A stretch of 64,000 nt of DNA from Podarcis vaucheri (Eukaryota): the NCBI GenBank assembly GCA_965113315.1, contig OZ220366.1; one strand, given 5' to 3'. The notes under the pieces were generated by a model that worked only from the letters and a program-made list of their open reading frames with translations, did not search any database and was not told where the DNA came from. Made by a program: the position numbers and the translations under genes. Positions 35,101-47,100 of the stretch are shown one piece after another (the stretch's first letter is position 1; each line of letters opens with the position of its first letter).

Positions 35101-38100
35101 TTTCTGAAAGCAGGTTAACTATGGATCTCACCCCCTTTTATTAGAACATATGCATAGAAATTCTGAAACGTTAGAATTAGGTTTCAATGTTTCAGATATA
35201 TTGCGCATATTAGCCCTATGTGGCATCTCTTAACCAAAGTTGGGCACCAAACTGAAGGGGTGCTATTCAACTTATTCAGAGTAGACCCATTTAAATTAAT
35301 GAACATGACTAAGCGCTATTAATTCCAAGAGGTCTACTCTTAAGTAAAACTTAGCTGAGTATCACTCAAGGCCTTTCCCCGAATAATCCAGAGCATACAG
35401 AGAAATGCAAAGGTCAATAAATGATTCCAAACTGTTATGTTTGAAGACTAAACTGGATAATGCAAGAGTTTCAATTGGTGAATTATCTGATTTACTTAAG
35501 ATAACATAGATGTGTTGTTAATCTTGGGACATTAGGAAGTAAATTTACCAAGTTTATTTATCTTACGGCAAAATGAAGTATGCAGAATGTCAAATGATTT
35601 CTACCACTAGGTGTTACATATATGAATAATACCAGAGTTCGCATCTTCTGATAAATTTTACCACCTGCATCCCTGTTCTGAAGATCTTATCACCTACCCC
35701 AGCATTCAAATAAATTCTCATGTCCATAGCAAAGTTCAAATATTAGTCACCTTCCCCTAACTATACACTGATAAAAAAATTTCAACTAATGAAAAATGGT
35801 TTGAAATTCTGAAAAGGAACGTGCACAATATTTTGTTTTTATACTAGGGTTTCTTCAGCAAAATACTGTGCAGAATATTGCAAATCTGATGTTGGAAACT
35901 TACAGCCCTGGAAGGAAAATGCCGATAAAACATTTTACGCTTGTCCACATCAAGTGAAAAAAGAAAGAAGTCTCCTCTCCGTGGATAATGAGAAAATGCA
36001 AGACGTTAAGAGAAGAGAAGCAGCAGCTCAAGGCAGAGATTGTTCAGGATTATTTAACTCTAGAAAAGTGAGATGAATACACCCAAAGATGAAGTGCATT
36101 GGGGAAAAAGGTAAGAAGAAAACTGGTCCACTATGTTGTGAAAAAAGTGACGACTCAGAAAGCTATACAGGAAGAACAGCAGCAGAAAATACATACTACT
36201 GTAAAATGTAACATGAAACAAAGTTCTGTCCTTAAGATCAACACAAGATTAAACTGCTACTTGGAGCTAAGGGCATTTCAGTAATTGGTACGGAAGATGT
36301 TTCTTTCATGCTTTTGAGTGTAAGATCTTCAATAGCTCATTGTGCTTTATCGTGTAGAGGTCATCGTTTGTGTTCTTTTGTCCACAGTACAGGGATTAAG
36401 CAGGCCAGACGTAATTCATGATGGTATTATTTCTATGTAGGCACTGAATACCAGAAGTTGGGTACCAAACCAAGTCTAATGAAAGTCACACGATATGAGT
36501 AACTCCTATGTAACTTCCCCTACATTCTCCTTTGCTTCGGCACATAAATCCTCCTTCCATTTTGCTTTATAATGCTGATATAGCACTAAATCTGCACCTG
36601 AATTTCCACTAGCCATGAACTGCTCAACCTTCAGTTTACAAACCCACCACTAACGCTGGCTGCAACTGATTTGGAGTTAAGCGTTTTTTAGCAAGCACAC
36701 TAGTGAGGACAGGACACGACAGCACAGTTAGCTCGAAAAATGGAAGGGAAGGGAATCTGTTAAAAAGAGGGGAAGACGCAGAGAAGGGGGCATCTTCAAT
36801 CTAATCGTTGTTAGATGATCAGAAAGCTTTAGGCTGCATCTGGCCTGATCCGATGTAAGAAAGGCATCCTTCACCTACAAGCACAACTGCAATTACAACT
36901 GTCTTATCTTTTTGTAAATCGCTTTGGGGGGGTTTTCTTACATTCAAGCGGTATATAAATTATTTTTCTATATAAATAGAAAAATAATTCACATAACTAA
37001 ATTCTAACAACTGGTCTGAGTACAATGTAACAAATCTTCTGCAACCCTAGAAGCCAAGTAAGATCATCAAATAGCATCTAACAACCCACTGCCTTAGGTA
37101 GCAAGGAGAAAATTACCCCTCTTCCTAAAATGTGTCCATGAAAGCAGATTCAGGTTTAGCCTTTACTGAGAAGATGCACCAACAAAATATCTCAAACTGC
37201 AACTTTTGAAATAATTTTCAGAACTTGACAGAGATTCTGGCAAAGGCACAGTATCCAGCTTCTTCAGGAATAAGCAATCATGGCAAACTATGTTCTAGAT
37301 GTTGCAAATTTCTAAATAAATTATTGCTGTTTTATAAATAAGCAGAGTTCAATTTACCTGTTTTTTCTTCTGTGCTTCACTAGAATCTAGCATGGAACTG
37401 TTAACAACAGGCAACATTTTCTGCGCTGCTTTCAAAGCAGCTGGGTTATACACTGTTTTTGTCAAGCCAGTAGAAGTAGACAACACCTACAGGAGGAAAC
37501 CATTTTATTTTGCTAGTAAATAAAGAATTCGTAAATATAGGATTCAAAGTATATTACTCCAAGACAGATGCTTGTTGCTGTGATTGCAAAGATGGCATGA
37601 ACATAAAAAATGGAGTAAACAGACTCATGTCAATTTAAAGACAGGCTAGGACTGCCTCTAAGGTCAGAATTGTTTTCCATATGTTGTAGAAAACAATCTA
37701 CTTGAGCTTTATCAACATGTGCCTCTGTTTCGGCACGAAAGTTGTGCCTGGCAGTTTCTATATGAATCAGACGATGCAATATAAACAGTTAATGAAGAGA
37801 TGGGAGTTCTCATTTCTTCACTTATTTTGGGGTGAATATTTTAAGTGCTGGCAAGTGATGTAGTTACAAAGTCATAGAATTCCACAGCCGGAATATAGTT
37901 AATAAGATCAATTCCCAGCTGCCAGCAATTGCCCGAGATGTTTGTATGTCCCTAGCACCCTAGAAAGAAGCATTATATCCAACATGGAATATGGTTGGTT
38001 AAAAAACATATAGCTCAAATAAACAAGCAAGCCAAGCTGCATGCAAGCCAAGCATTATGCAGTATTGGAGGATAAAACACAACTCAGTAAAATTGACTTG

Positions 38101-41100
38101 GGGAGAGATTCATTCCCACTGTGGAACAAGTTGATCACTTACACCCAAGTATACAAGCAAGGCACATAAGTACTCTACTGACTACAGAACCCTAGGATAT
38201 AGTAGCTCTATAGCCAAGGGAGATATCTGCTTAGCAAACCTAAGAATTTCTATATCGCTAAAAAGTCTTTCACTGAAAAACACAAACTATACAGAGATTA
38301 ATGTTCTTCTCAGAAGTTCCTAGCACAGTAAAACCTAGAAGCAGATTCTCCGCTGATCCCTACCCGCTCACCCCCAAATGGTTGTTGCTTAACGTCTGAG
38401 GATGTCCAGTGGGATTGCTGACTTTCCCCTTTGAACGGCAGATTGCCACCCTGCCATACAAAACTGCTTTTAAACATTTCTCGGCTTCAAGAGAGTTTTG
38501 CTATGCAGTACTGAATATTACGGTCTAAGAAACAAGTCTCAGAAATATGCTCCATAAACTTAGCACAGATCTTATTCGTCACCCAACCCACACGCAGGGG
38601 GAAAAAACAATAAGGGGGGGAAAGGTGTTAACTCTCTTGCCTCACACTGTGTCACAAACGAAAGGATTCAAATAAAAAAATCAGAACCAGTCTTATTTTG
38701 TATTGCGCGTCATTAAATACAGAAGCAATGCTACCAAGTCAAGCAGTTTGTTTATATGTATATTGAAGCTATGTCAAAATAGAAATAGATAACACCTATA
38801 GAAGGAAACCATTTTCAAAATATTCCTTTAACAGTCACTAGAAATGAATTCTAGGCTGCCAAATCTATTTTAAGCATTCTCAAACATGCAAGACCTCAAT
38901 TTTAGGTTACTTTCCCACCCCCTTTTCTGCAACATTGACCCTATTCACACGTAACTTGCAAGCAAGGCATAAGTATTTAGAACAAGCAGCTGGGCTGTGT
39001 TCTTAGCATGACCTGAGCCTTTCCCCACTCCTCAAAAACCATCAAATGTTGTATGAACAAAAAGCCCAACATGTTGAGTTCCTGATGCACTCAATCAGAA
39101 CACCTGATCAGGTGGGTGTCCTGTTCATGTGGAGCCACTACTCGTGAGCAAGAGTCTGCACACTGGGCCCTCTGTTAATACAACCACACATAGTGCTACA
39201 TTTGTGGGGAGAAGGAAAAACACACAATGCTGTGGGCAGGCCTAAAAGCATAGCCCTGCTCCTTGCTCTATGTGCTTTTATGTCCAACATACAAGTAAGA
39301 TGTTAACAGGGCTTCCAACTAGCTTTCAGAAAGCTTATAGCACTAAGTGTGAGCAATTTTCTCCAAGTCAAATGATCCTGAAGCACACTTCACGTATATT
39401 GATTCAGCAAAGGCAAGAAGCTAAGTCCACAATCCAAAGGCAGCAGTAGACAAAGATGCTCTACCCACTCCAGACAACCTCTCTTTCCCCTTTCTATCAT
39501 GCAGTTTTCACCAAGCAATACAGAAGAGCTCTAGAAGGGAGCGGCATCTCAATCCTGCGGGATGCAGGTCACGCACCCAAGCAGACTGGGCAAGCAGTAA
39601 GGCAACAGAAAAAGCAACGCCAAAAGCAAAAAGCAGAACTCAGCAGAAGCTACCCCTCACTCACTAGGAACATTCAGAGTTTTCAGGAAGAAGGCAGCTC
39701 ACCCATGCAATTCCAACTCTTACTGAATATCCTAGACCTCCAAAGAAGTAGAATCATGGTAAGGGATGCCTGTCACCAGATCTCAGAGACCATTTCCAAT
39801 GGACCATAATTCTGTCCACTCTTAATTCACAGGCCCAATCTCAATTTAGTATTACAAATAACAACCCTGTCATGCAAGCTCCTGCCCAAACCGCAACCAT
39901 TTAGGTGTCATGAAGACGCCTATATATACTGAAAACTTTATTTCATCTTAACTTTGTCAGCAAGGTTTAGTTGTGTTCAATTCACTGCAGAGTTCTATTA
40001 ATTGGGAGGAGGAGGAGGAGGAGGAGGAGACGGAGAGGAAGAAGAAGAAGCATGCAATCATTTTGCATTCACATGTTTAATGGACATTAGAAGCACCTAT
40101 GCTAAGTGTGCACGTGATATTATTGCTATGTGACAGTTCAAGGGCACGATTATTTCCTTACCTTTTCAGTGGCTGGAGTGGGTGGTTTAGGTACAAAGCC
40201 CAGCCTTTCCTTCACAGACAGTTTTGTTACATTCTAGGAAAAACAATTAAAAAAATAGTTTGTGATCATGTGTTTTTAAACTAAACACAGCATTTCTCAC
40301 TTTAACTGAAGCTATAAGCAAAGCCATTATTTCTCTTAAGCTTCTGCATTTTCAAATATTCTTTTAAGTTCAGTTAGAAAGGTTGGTTGGTAGGTAGGCT
40401 GGAGAGATGGATCTAGTTCAGCCTCCAGGAGGTTGAAAGAAAAGGTGCTTGCAGCATACGAGAGTAAGGAGCCCCACTTTAGCAGTCATGGCCAACAGGT
40501 AAGAACATGTCCCCCCACCTTTTGCTGGATGTGGTAGGATTCAGGAGCTCCATTGCTGGCATGGCAGGTGCCCTATCCCAGCAACAAGGAGGTCAAGGTA
40601 GTGAAAAGTTGTCAGAGCACCATGGCAACACATCCTCCTGCATTATCACAAGACCCTGTAGCTTTGCAGGACCTTGAGGGTTGGCAGAGAGATGTCAGCA
40701 GTTTGGAAGCCATGCTACAAAATGCTTGGGAAGAGCAGGCCAATGAGATGAAGCAACAAAGCTTGCAAAAGGGGCTGTGGAGAGGCTAGGATGAAGAAAA
40801 ATGCATCAGGGCATCAATGAGCCAACCCCCTTGCCTCCAACTAAGGTCATATGGTTTTCCACACCCAGGCTGAAGCTGTGCAGTAGTTCTAGTTTGGATA
40901 ATACATCAAGAATTGCATGAAGACAGATTGCAAACTGATTATTTAACAAACGTGAATACAATTTTCATAAAAACAGAAAATAAAAATTGCTTTGCCCATA
41001 TTTTTCCACATAAAGAACTTTGCTTAAGTGGATAGGTTTTGCTTGTAAAATAATTGACATTTTCCAATATTGGTATGATATGTATTTTCTACCAAGACTT

Positions 41101-44100
41101 TTAATATTATCCAACCTGCAGCATAAAAGACAGATCTTTCATCTTTGACAAAATAGTGTATCACAAGGGTATTATGTCAGTTATCGTCTAGGGCTGTGAA
41201 AGGGAGTTTTTTTAAGAGCCTATAACTTGGTCCACAAATTGAAACATGGTTTTTTTACCAGTAGTCTGTAATAGGGGAGGGAAACTATCTATAGATTTCA
41301 GTATGTTTATTAAATAAAGGCCACCAATTTCTGCTAAATAGAACCTTTTATCAAAGAGAAAATTTCAGTTTAGTTTTACAGATCTCTTAATATTTTAGAA
41401 AACAAATATTATACCCACCTGAACAGCTTCTGTACTGGCACTCTGAGCTTCAGCAGGCTCAATGTTACTGGCAGGTACTGGACCTAATCGTTCCTTGACA
41501 GACTGCTTCACAACAGGTAAAATGGGCTGTTGAGCTAAAGGCTGCATTACCTTAAAAAGAAAAGCAGATTTTTATAGCAGCACATGAACATTTCAAAATG
41601 AACTTTTCACTCCCAATACCATTTTTAAATGTTTAAGTGCAGATGTTCTCATTCCTCCATTGCTTTCTAAACTGCACGTATTCATCTGCTGAAGAAATTT
41701 CCTAAGCTAAGCATCAAACACTTTTGTAGGAGCATTTATATTTCAGTGCAATTGTTTACAAGGCTGCAGTACTAGAGTAAATTCTAAGTCTAAAAATGAA
41801 TTACTTCAAATTCTAAACAGTCTGACAGTTTGTTTTTACTAACCACTGTTGGAATAAATCAGAATTCTTCATTCCGATGTCCCTAGGAAGTGTAGTTCTA
41901 AAGCATAAGGTGAAAAATATTCTCCTTTCATGAAGGAGAAGCATGCAAACCTAAGGCTCATGCAGACTAATTTCTGAAACACTGGACTCTTTGGAACATA
42001 AAGCTAAGCCATTGTTTGTTTAAACAGTGTGGCTTGTTTGAACATTTGAACTGAACCCAGTTCTGTAGGCTAATCATGGTTTGTCTTCTAGCAACAAGCC
42101 CTGATGTGAAGCCGTGATTTTTTTGTTGGCTTGTTTTAACTATGGTTTGGTATTATGCCTGAACAGCCTTGCTTAACCATAGTTTAGTTAGCTACTCTAC
42201 CCCAGGTGCTTGCCAGGCTACAAAGGAACAATGCAAAAGCAGGTGGAAAAGCAAGCAAACCATGGCTTAGTTAGGTGCAAATGCACTTAGGTGTATGCAG
42301 TTGGTGTAGTTTAGGTGCAAATGCAGCCACTGAATTACTGGTACATCTGAGCCAGGCGGCTATCTTGTGTTTGTAGCACATCAGATATTAAATGAATTAC
42401 AACTGCTAACCTTCCAACATTACCCCTGAGGCCTCCTCAAGGGTAGGATGTTTTTGCATAAATAAACACAAGTATACATAAATGTGTATGTGCATGAAAA
42501 CTAATGTATGTTTACGTGGATTAAAAAAAATAAACAAAATTTAAATCAGGTTTCTTCTACCCCTTTACCTTCTGTACTGAAGTTGACATTGGTGGGGCAC
42601 TGCCTTCTCTATGCCAATAGACTTTGATGAAGCGATTATTTAATACTGCTTCTGTGCTCGATATAGCTTTCTTTGCCTCCTCATGGGTAGCAAACTGGAT
42701 AAGGGCACCTTCTGGATCTCCCTGATAAGCAACCTATGATTTTCAAGAAAAGTCAAGAATAAGAGCAGAAATAATAACATACAGGCTTGCTGTCCCCATT
42801 CAGCCACATCACTAGGAAAACTGGGAAAACTAACCCCAAACTGCCAGCGTGCTAGCAAATGTGTCCTGCCTCAAAGCAAAATGTGTCCTGCCTCAAAGAT
42901 ACCTACAGCTATAATCTAAGCAGAAATTATAGGAATTGGATAGGGAAGGGGGGAGTAAGTAGCAAAAGAGAACGGAGATAGAAGAATAACTATTAATACA
43001 GTCAAACCTCGGTTCCCAAACACCTCCATTTTGGAACGCTTCAGCTCTCAAAAGCCGAAAACCCAGAAGTGTTCTGGGTTTCAAATGTTTTTCAGAAGCC
43101 AAATGTCCAATGTGGCTTCCACTTGAGTGCTGGAAGCTCCTGCAACCAATCAGAAGCAGCGCTTCGGCTGTCCAACATTTTGGAAGCCTAGTGGGCTTCC
43201 AGAATGGATAATGTTCAACAAACAAGGTTTTAGTGTAATGCACTTGGAACACCATTTCTAAATGTACAAACACTGTCCAAAACGTGCATTAGTACTTTAT
43301 AAATAGTAGCCTTTCTTTCGAATTTCAGGCCCTCTTTTTTACTATATATTGGTGGAGGGCATGACAGAACATTATTTTCCAGAGGGTGAAAACAACAACA
43401 TGGTCACATTTGCCTCCGCACAGCCTTCTGTATAATGATTTGATGTGTGCAGAGCTCCTTTCTTTTAGGAACAGCAGTGTAGAAAACCACTGCAAGGCTA
43501 TCTGAATATGTAAGACATGGCTATTTTGTGACATCGGCATCCCTAGACCAATCATGCTTCATGTCTCTGCACAATGATAAAGACTTTTGCTCTAAGGGAT
43601 GACAGTAGTGGCCAGAAGTAAGGAGACAAACTACAGCAGGAGACAAAGGCAATGGGGCTAAGGAAGTGGGATGAGTGCAGAAAGCATAACCATTTATACT
43701 TGGCTGTTATATTAATGGTAAGGTAAAGGTAAAGGTACCCCTGCCCGTACGGGCCAGTCGTGTCCGATTCTAGGATTGTGCACCCATCTCACTTAAGAGG
43801 CTGGGGGCCAGCGCTGTCCGGAGACACTTCCAGGTCACGTGGCCAGCGAGCCAGCACCAGCGCAGCACACGGAAACACCGTTTACCTTCCCGCTTTAAAG
43901 CAGTACCTATTTATCTACTTGCACTTAGGGGTGCTTTGAAACTGCTAGGTGGGCAGGAGCTGGGACCGAAAGACGGGAGCTCACCCCGCCGCGGGGATTC
44001 GAACCGCCAACCAGGCAATCGGCAAGCCCTAGGCGCTGAGGTTTTACCCACAGCACCACCCTATATTAATGGACTAAATCAAAGAATTTTCAGCTCATCC

Positions 44101-47100
44101 TTATAAAGCAGGGGTTGCTAACCTACAGCCCACCTGATGTTGCTAGACTACTGTTTTTTAATCATCCTTGACCACTGACTACACAGGTGAGGTCTGATGA
44201 GAGTCTAACAACATCTGGAAGGCCAAAGGTTGCCACCCTGTTAGAAAAAGCACCCTCATGATCTAGGCTCTAATAAGGAGCAATGAAAAAGTCAAAGATA
44301 CCACCTACCTGCAAATTTACTAAATTTCCAAATTTGCTGAAGTGCTCATTTAGTTTGCTGATATTGTTAAGCTCTGGAGGAACTTTCCTCAATTCAAGTT
44401 TAGTATTTTCATTTCCAAATTGCACCTTCTTCTGGAAAGCAGGACTGCTTGTTCTATTAAAGTTTTGTCTGCAATAAAACAATGAGTTGGGGACTGACTT
44501 GAGCTACTAGTAGTACATTAATTTGCAATGGGGCAGACAGGTAAGATGTGGAATTTCAGTGAAAACAAGTCTAAAGCTACATTTTAGGAAATGTTCTGGT
44601 GTCAACTGAAGACGCTCCTGTCCCTTTGGGCTTTTGGGAGACAGATGTGGAGTCTAATGAGACATTTGGTCTGCTGAGATAAGGAAATTGGTGCAGCTGA
44701 ACAAATGCTTACATATGTTTTTAATCGCTGTTCTGCAATTCTTACTATTTTGGTAACTGCCCTGAGAAGGGCTGTTTAGAAATGCAAAAAATAAAACACG
44801 AGAGTGGAAGGAGTGCACATATTGACACCAAACAACTACCAAAGGTAGCAACCCTATGTTCCCTTGGCCACACGGCTAAGGGGCCACAGGATGTTGCAGA
44901 CCTCCCTCATTGCAGGCAAAGGCCTCCCAATGGTTTGAGTTTGCGGTGTGGATGCACAAAATGTCTCTTTAAAAGATAAGCAGGGAGGGAGAAGAAACAC
45001 CAGTTATTCTGGGAGCTGATCCCCTTTAAAACACTTGCATCAACTCACCAGATCTGGGCAGATCTGGGCGGGAGGGTGCTCTGAAATTTTCAGTAATCCA
45101 ACGCCGAAAGCCTCTTAAGATCACAAGCTTTGTCCACTTTAGAGTTTAAGGTTAAAAATGTCTGAATTTCCTTAATTTGCAGAGATGTACATATGTTGTC
45201 CTTCCTGCTACAAGCTGTAGGTATCCATTCATTTGTGCCTCTATAATTGGCACTCAGAGCAGTGTGACTCCCTCATAGGCCAACCAGGGTTTGCATATAC
45301 TAATTTACTACAATGTCATGCCATGTTGAACCAGACTTAATCATGGAAACCAAATGCTCAAGACTTAAAAGGATGAAAGTCCTCTCCCCCATAATCTAAA
45401 AACACATAGTGATGGGGAACCAATTGAAAGGCTGTATAACACAATTTAAACACCTGATTGTACAGGTGTACGGACAAGTGTTGACTACTACACAAAACAA
45501 CCTGTGACAAACAACCATATCACAGAGAGGGGGATACTCCAAACCAAAAACAGAAATTTTAATTGGACTATCTTGAATGGTTTGGAAATTTGAACACTGG
45601 AAAAGCAAACTTGAAACACATTTCATAGTTCAGGCATTAGTATGCAGTTAACACGTCTAGCAACTACTCACTTGTCAAACCAATTCTTCTTTGCTGGAAC
45701 TCCATCACCTGCACCAATAGTTCTTTTTCGGGACTCAGAATCCACCACTATCCTCATGCTGCTTTTATTAGGAGGTTTTTCTGTGTGGAAGAGAAGAGTA
45801 CACTGATTAATTTTTAAAAGATGTTTGTCTGTGCATTTTATAGTAGGATTTTCTCTCCTTATTACCATCAGCTGACTTATTGCATTTTTGAAACATACTA
45901 AGTGCTATACTTCTTCAAACCCAAGGTCCCTTTGGTTCAGCATTGGTCTCCAACAGATACCAAAACCAGATGCTTCAAAAGGAAGTGCAAGAAACCCCAC
46001 AGGGCAACTATAGAATACATTGCCCAGAAAGCAAGATTTCTTTTCAACTCTTAGATATTTAGCAGATGGCTTATGACTTGAGCCCGAAAGGGATGCCTTT
46101 GATATTTTCCAATATTTTTGAAAAAGAAGCTAGACAAGAGATGGGAGGCTGTCATAGATGCACAGAACAAATATAACATGGGTAGTTCAGGAGAGCCTTG
46201 CAGCTTCGCAAACTTTGTCTCCCTTCCTCCCACACAAATTTACCCTTCCTTTTTTCAGATCCAACCATGCCTTCCGTTGATACCCTGAGTTTAGGCAAGT
46301 CTTGTTGGCACCCAAACTGGTAAAAGTAGAGTTTCCCTAAACATCTTTCTGAGCAAACTGCCCTGGCCTCAGGTGATTCAAGCTGCAAGCCAGGGAACCA
46401 AACCAGTCCACCAGAAAAATGAGAAGTTTTGGCATGCGCAGAAAGAATTAAAGGAGTACCATTCTGTACTGTGTGGTGTATTGCAAAGTGAACCAAAGCA
46501 CTTTAGTTCCCCACAACTCTTCAAGCCAATTTATAGTAAAGCAAGATGAAGGTATAACATCATCTGCACCAATCATATATGTAACATGGTCGCTTTATAA
46601 TATTCCATTTCTAGTGCCCTAAGTACTGACCATTCCAAGTTTTCAAAAATGCACAATATGTTTTATGGCGATGATCAGAAGCCCAGGTCTCATCATGCAT
46701 TAGCTGATATCTCTCTCCCTCCCCACCAACCATTTAATTTTAATTTTTCTTTTTTGGTGCATTTTTTAAATCAAATAATGAACTTGTAAACTGGGACTTG
46801 TCCACTTTAATCAATGAAAAACACATCTATTATTTTGGATGGTTTTTGTACATGTGCAGAACAGTATGGGATTAGCTTCTCCACAGTAGAATATCAGTCA
46901 AAAACAAACACACACACAAAATCTTGATTTTTTATTTTCTCTACCAGATTTCAAAATGGCAGAAAACATCACCCACACCCACACACACCAGGGCAATTAT
47001 TCCTAGTACTGTATAATAAAACAATGTGAAGACGAGTCTTGAGAACATAGATCAATAAATCTTTCACGATACCTCTTGGTGGCAGGTCCATATCCCCTGA

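Noticed and set aside
35904-35907. 4-nt exon ag|GGCT|gtaagt
   Set aside because: Implausibly small without transcript evidence; mentioned only within the intron 15 finding.
39456-39809. 117-aa plus-strand ORF
   Set aside because: No recognisable domain, antisense within an intron, and of a length expected by chance.
42854-42898. ~22-bp tandem duplication (AAATGTGTCCTGCCTCAAAG x2)
   Set aside because: Ordinary slippage about 120 nt from the exon 12 acceptor, with no evident consequence.
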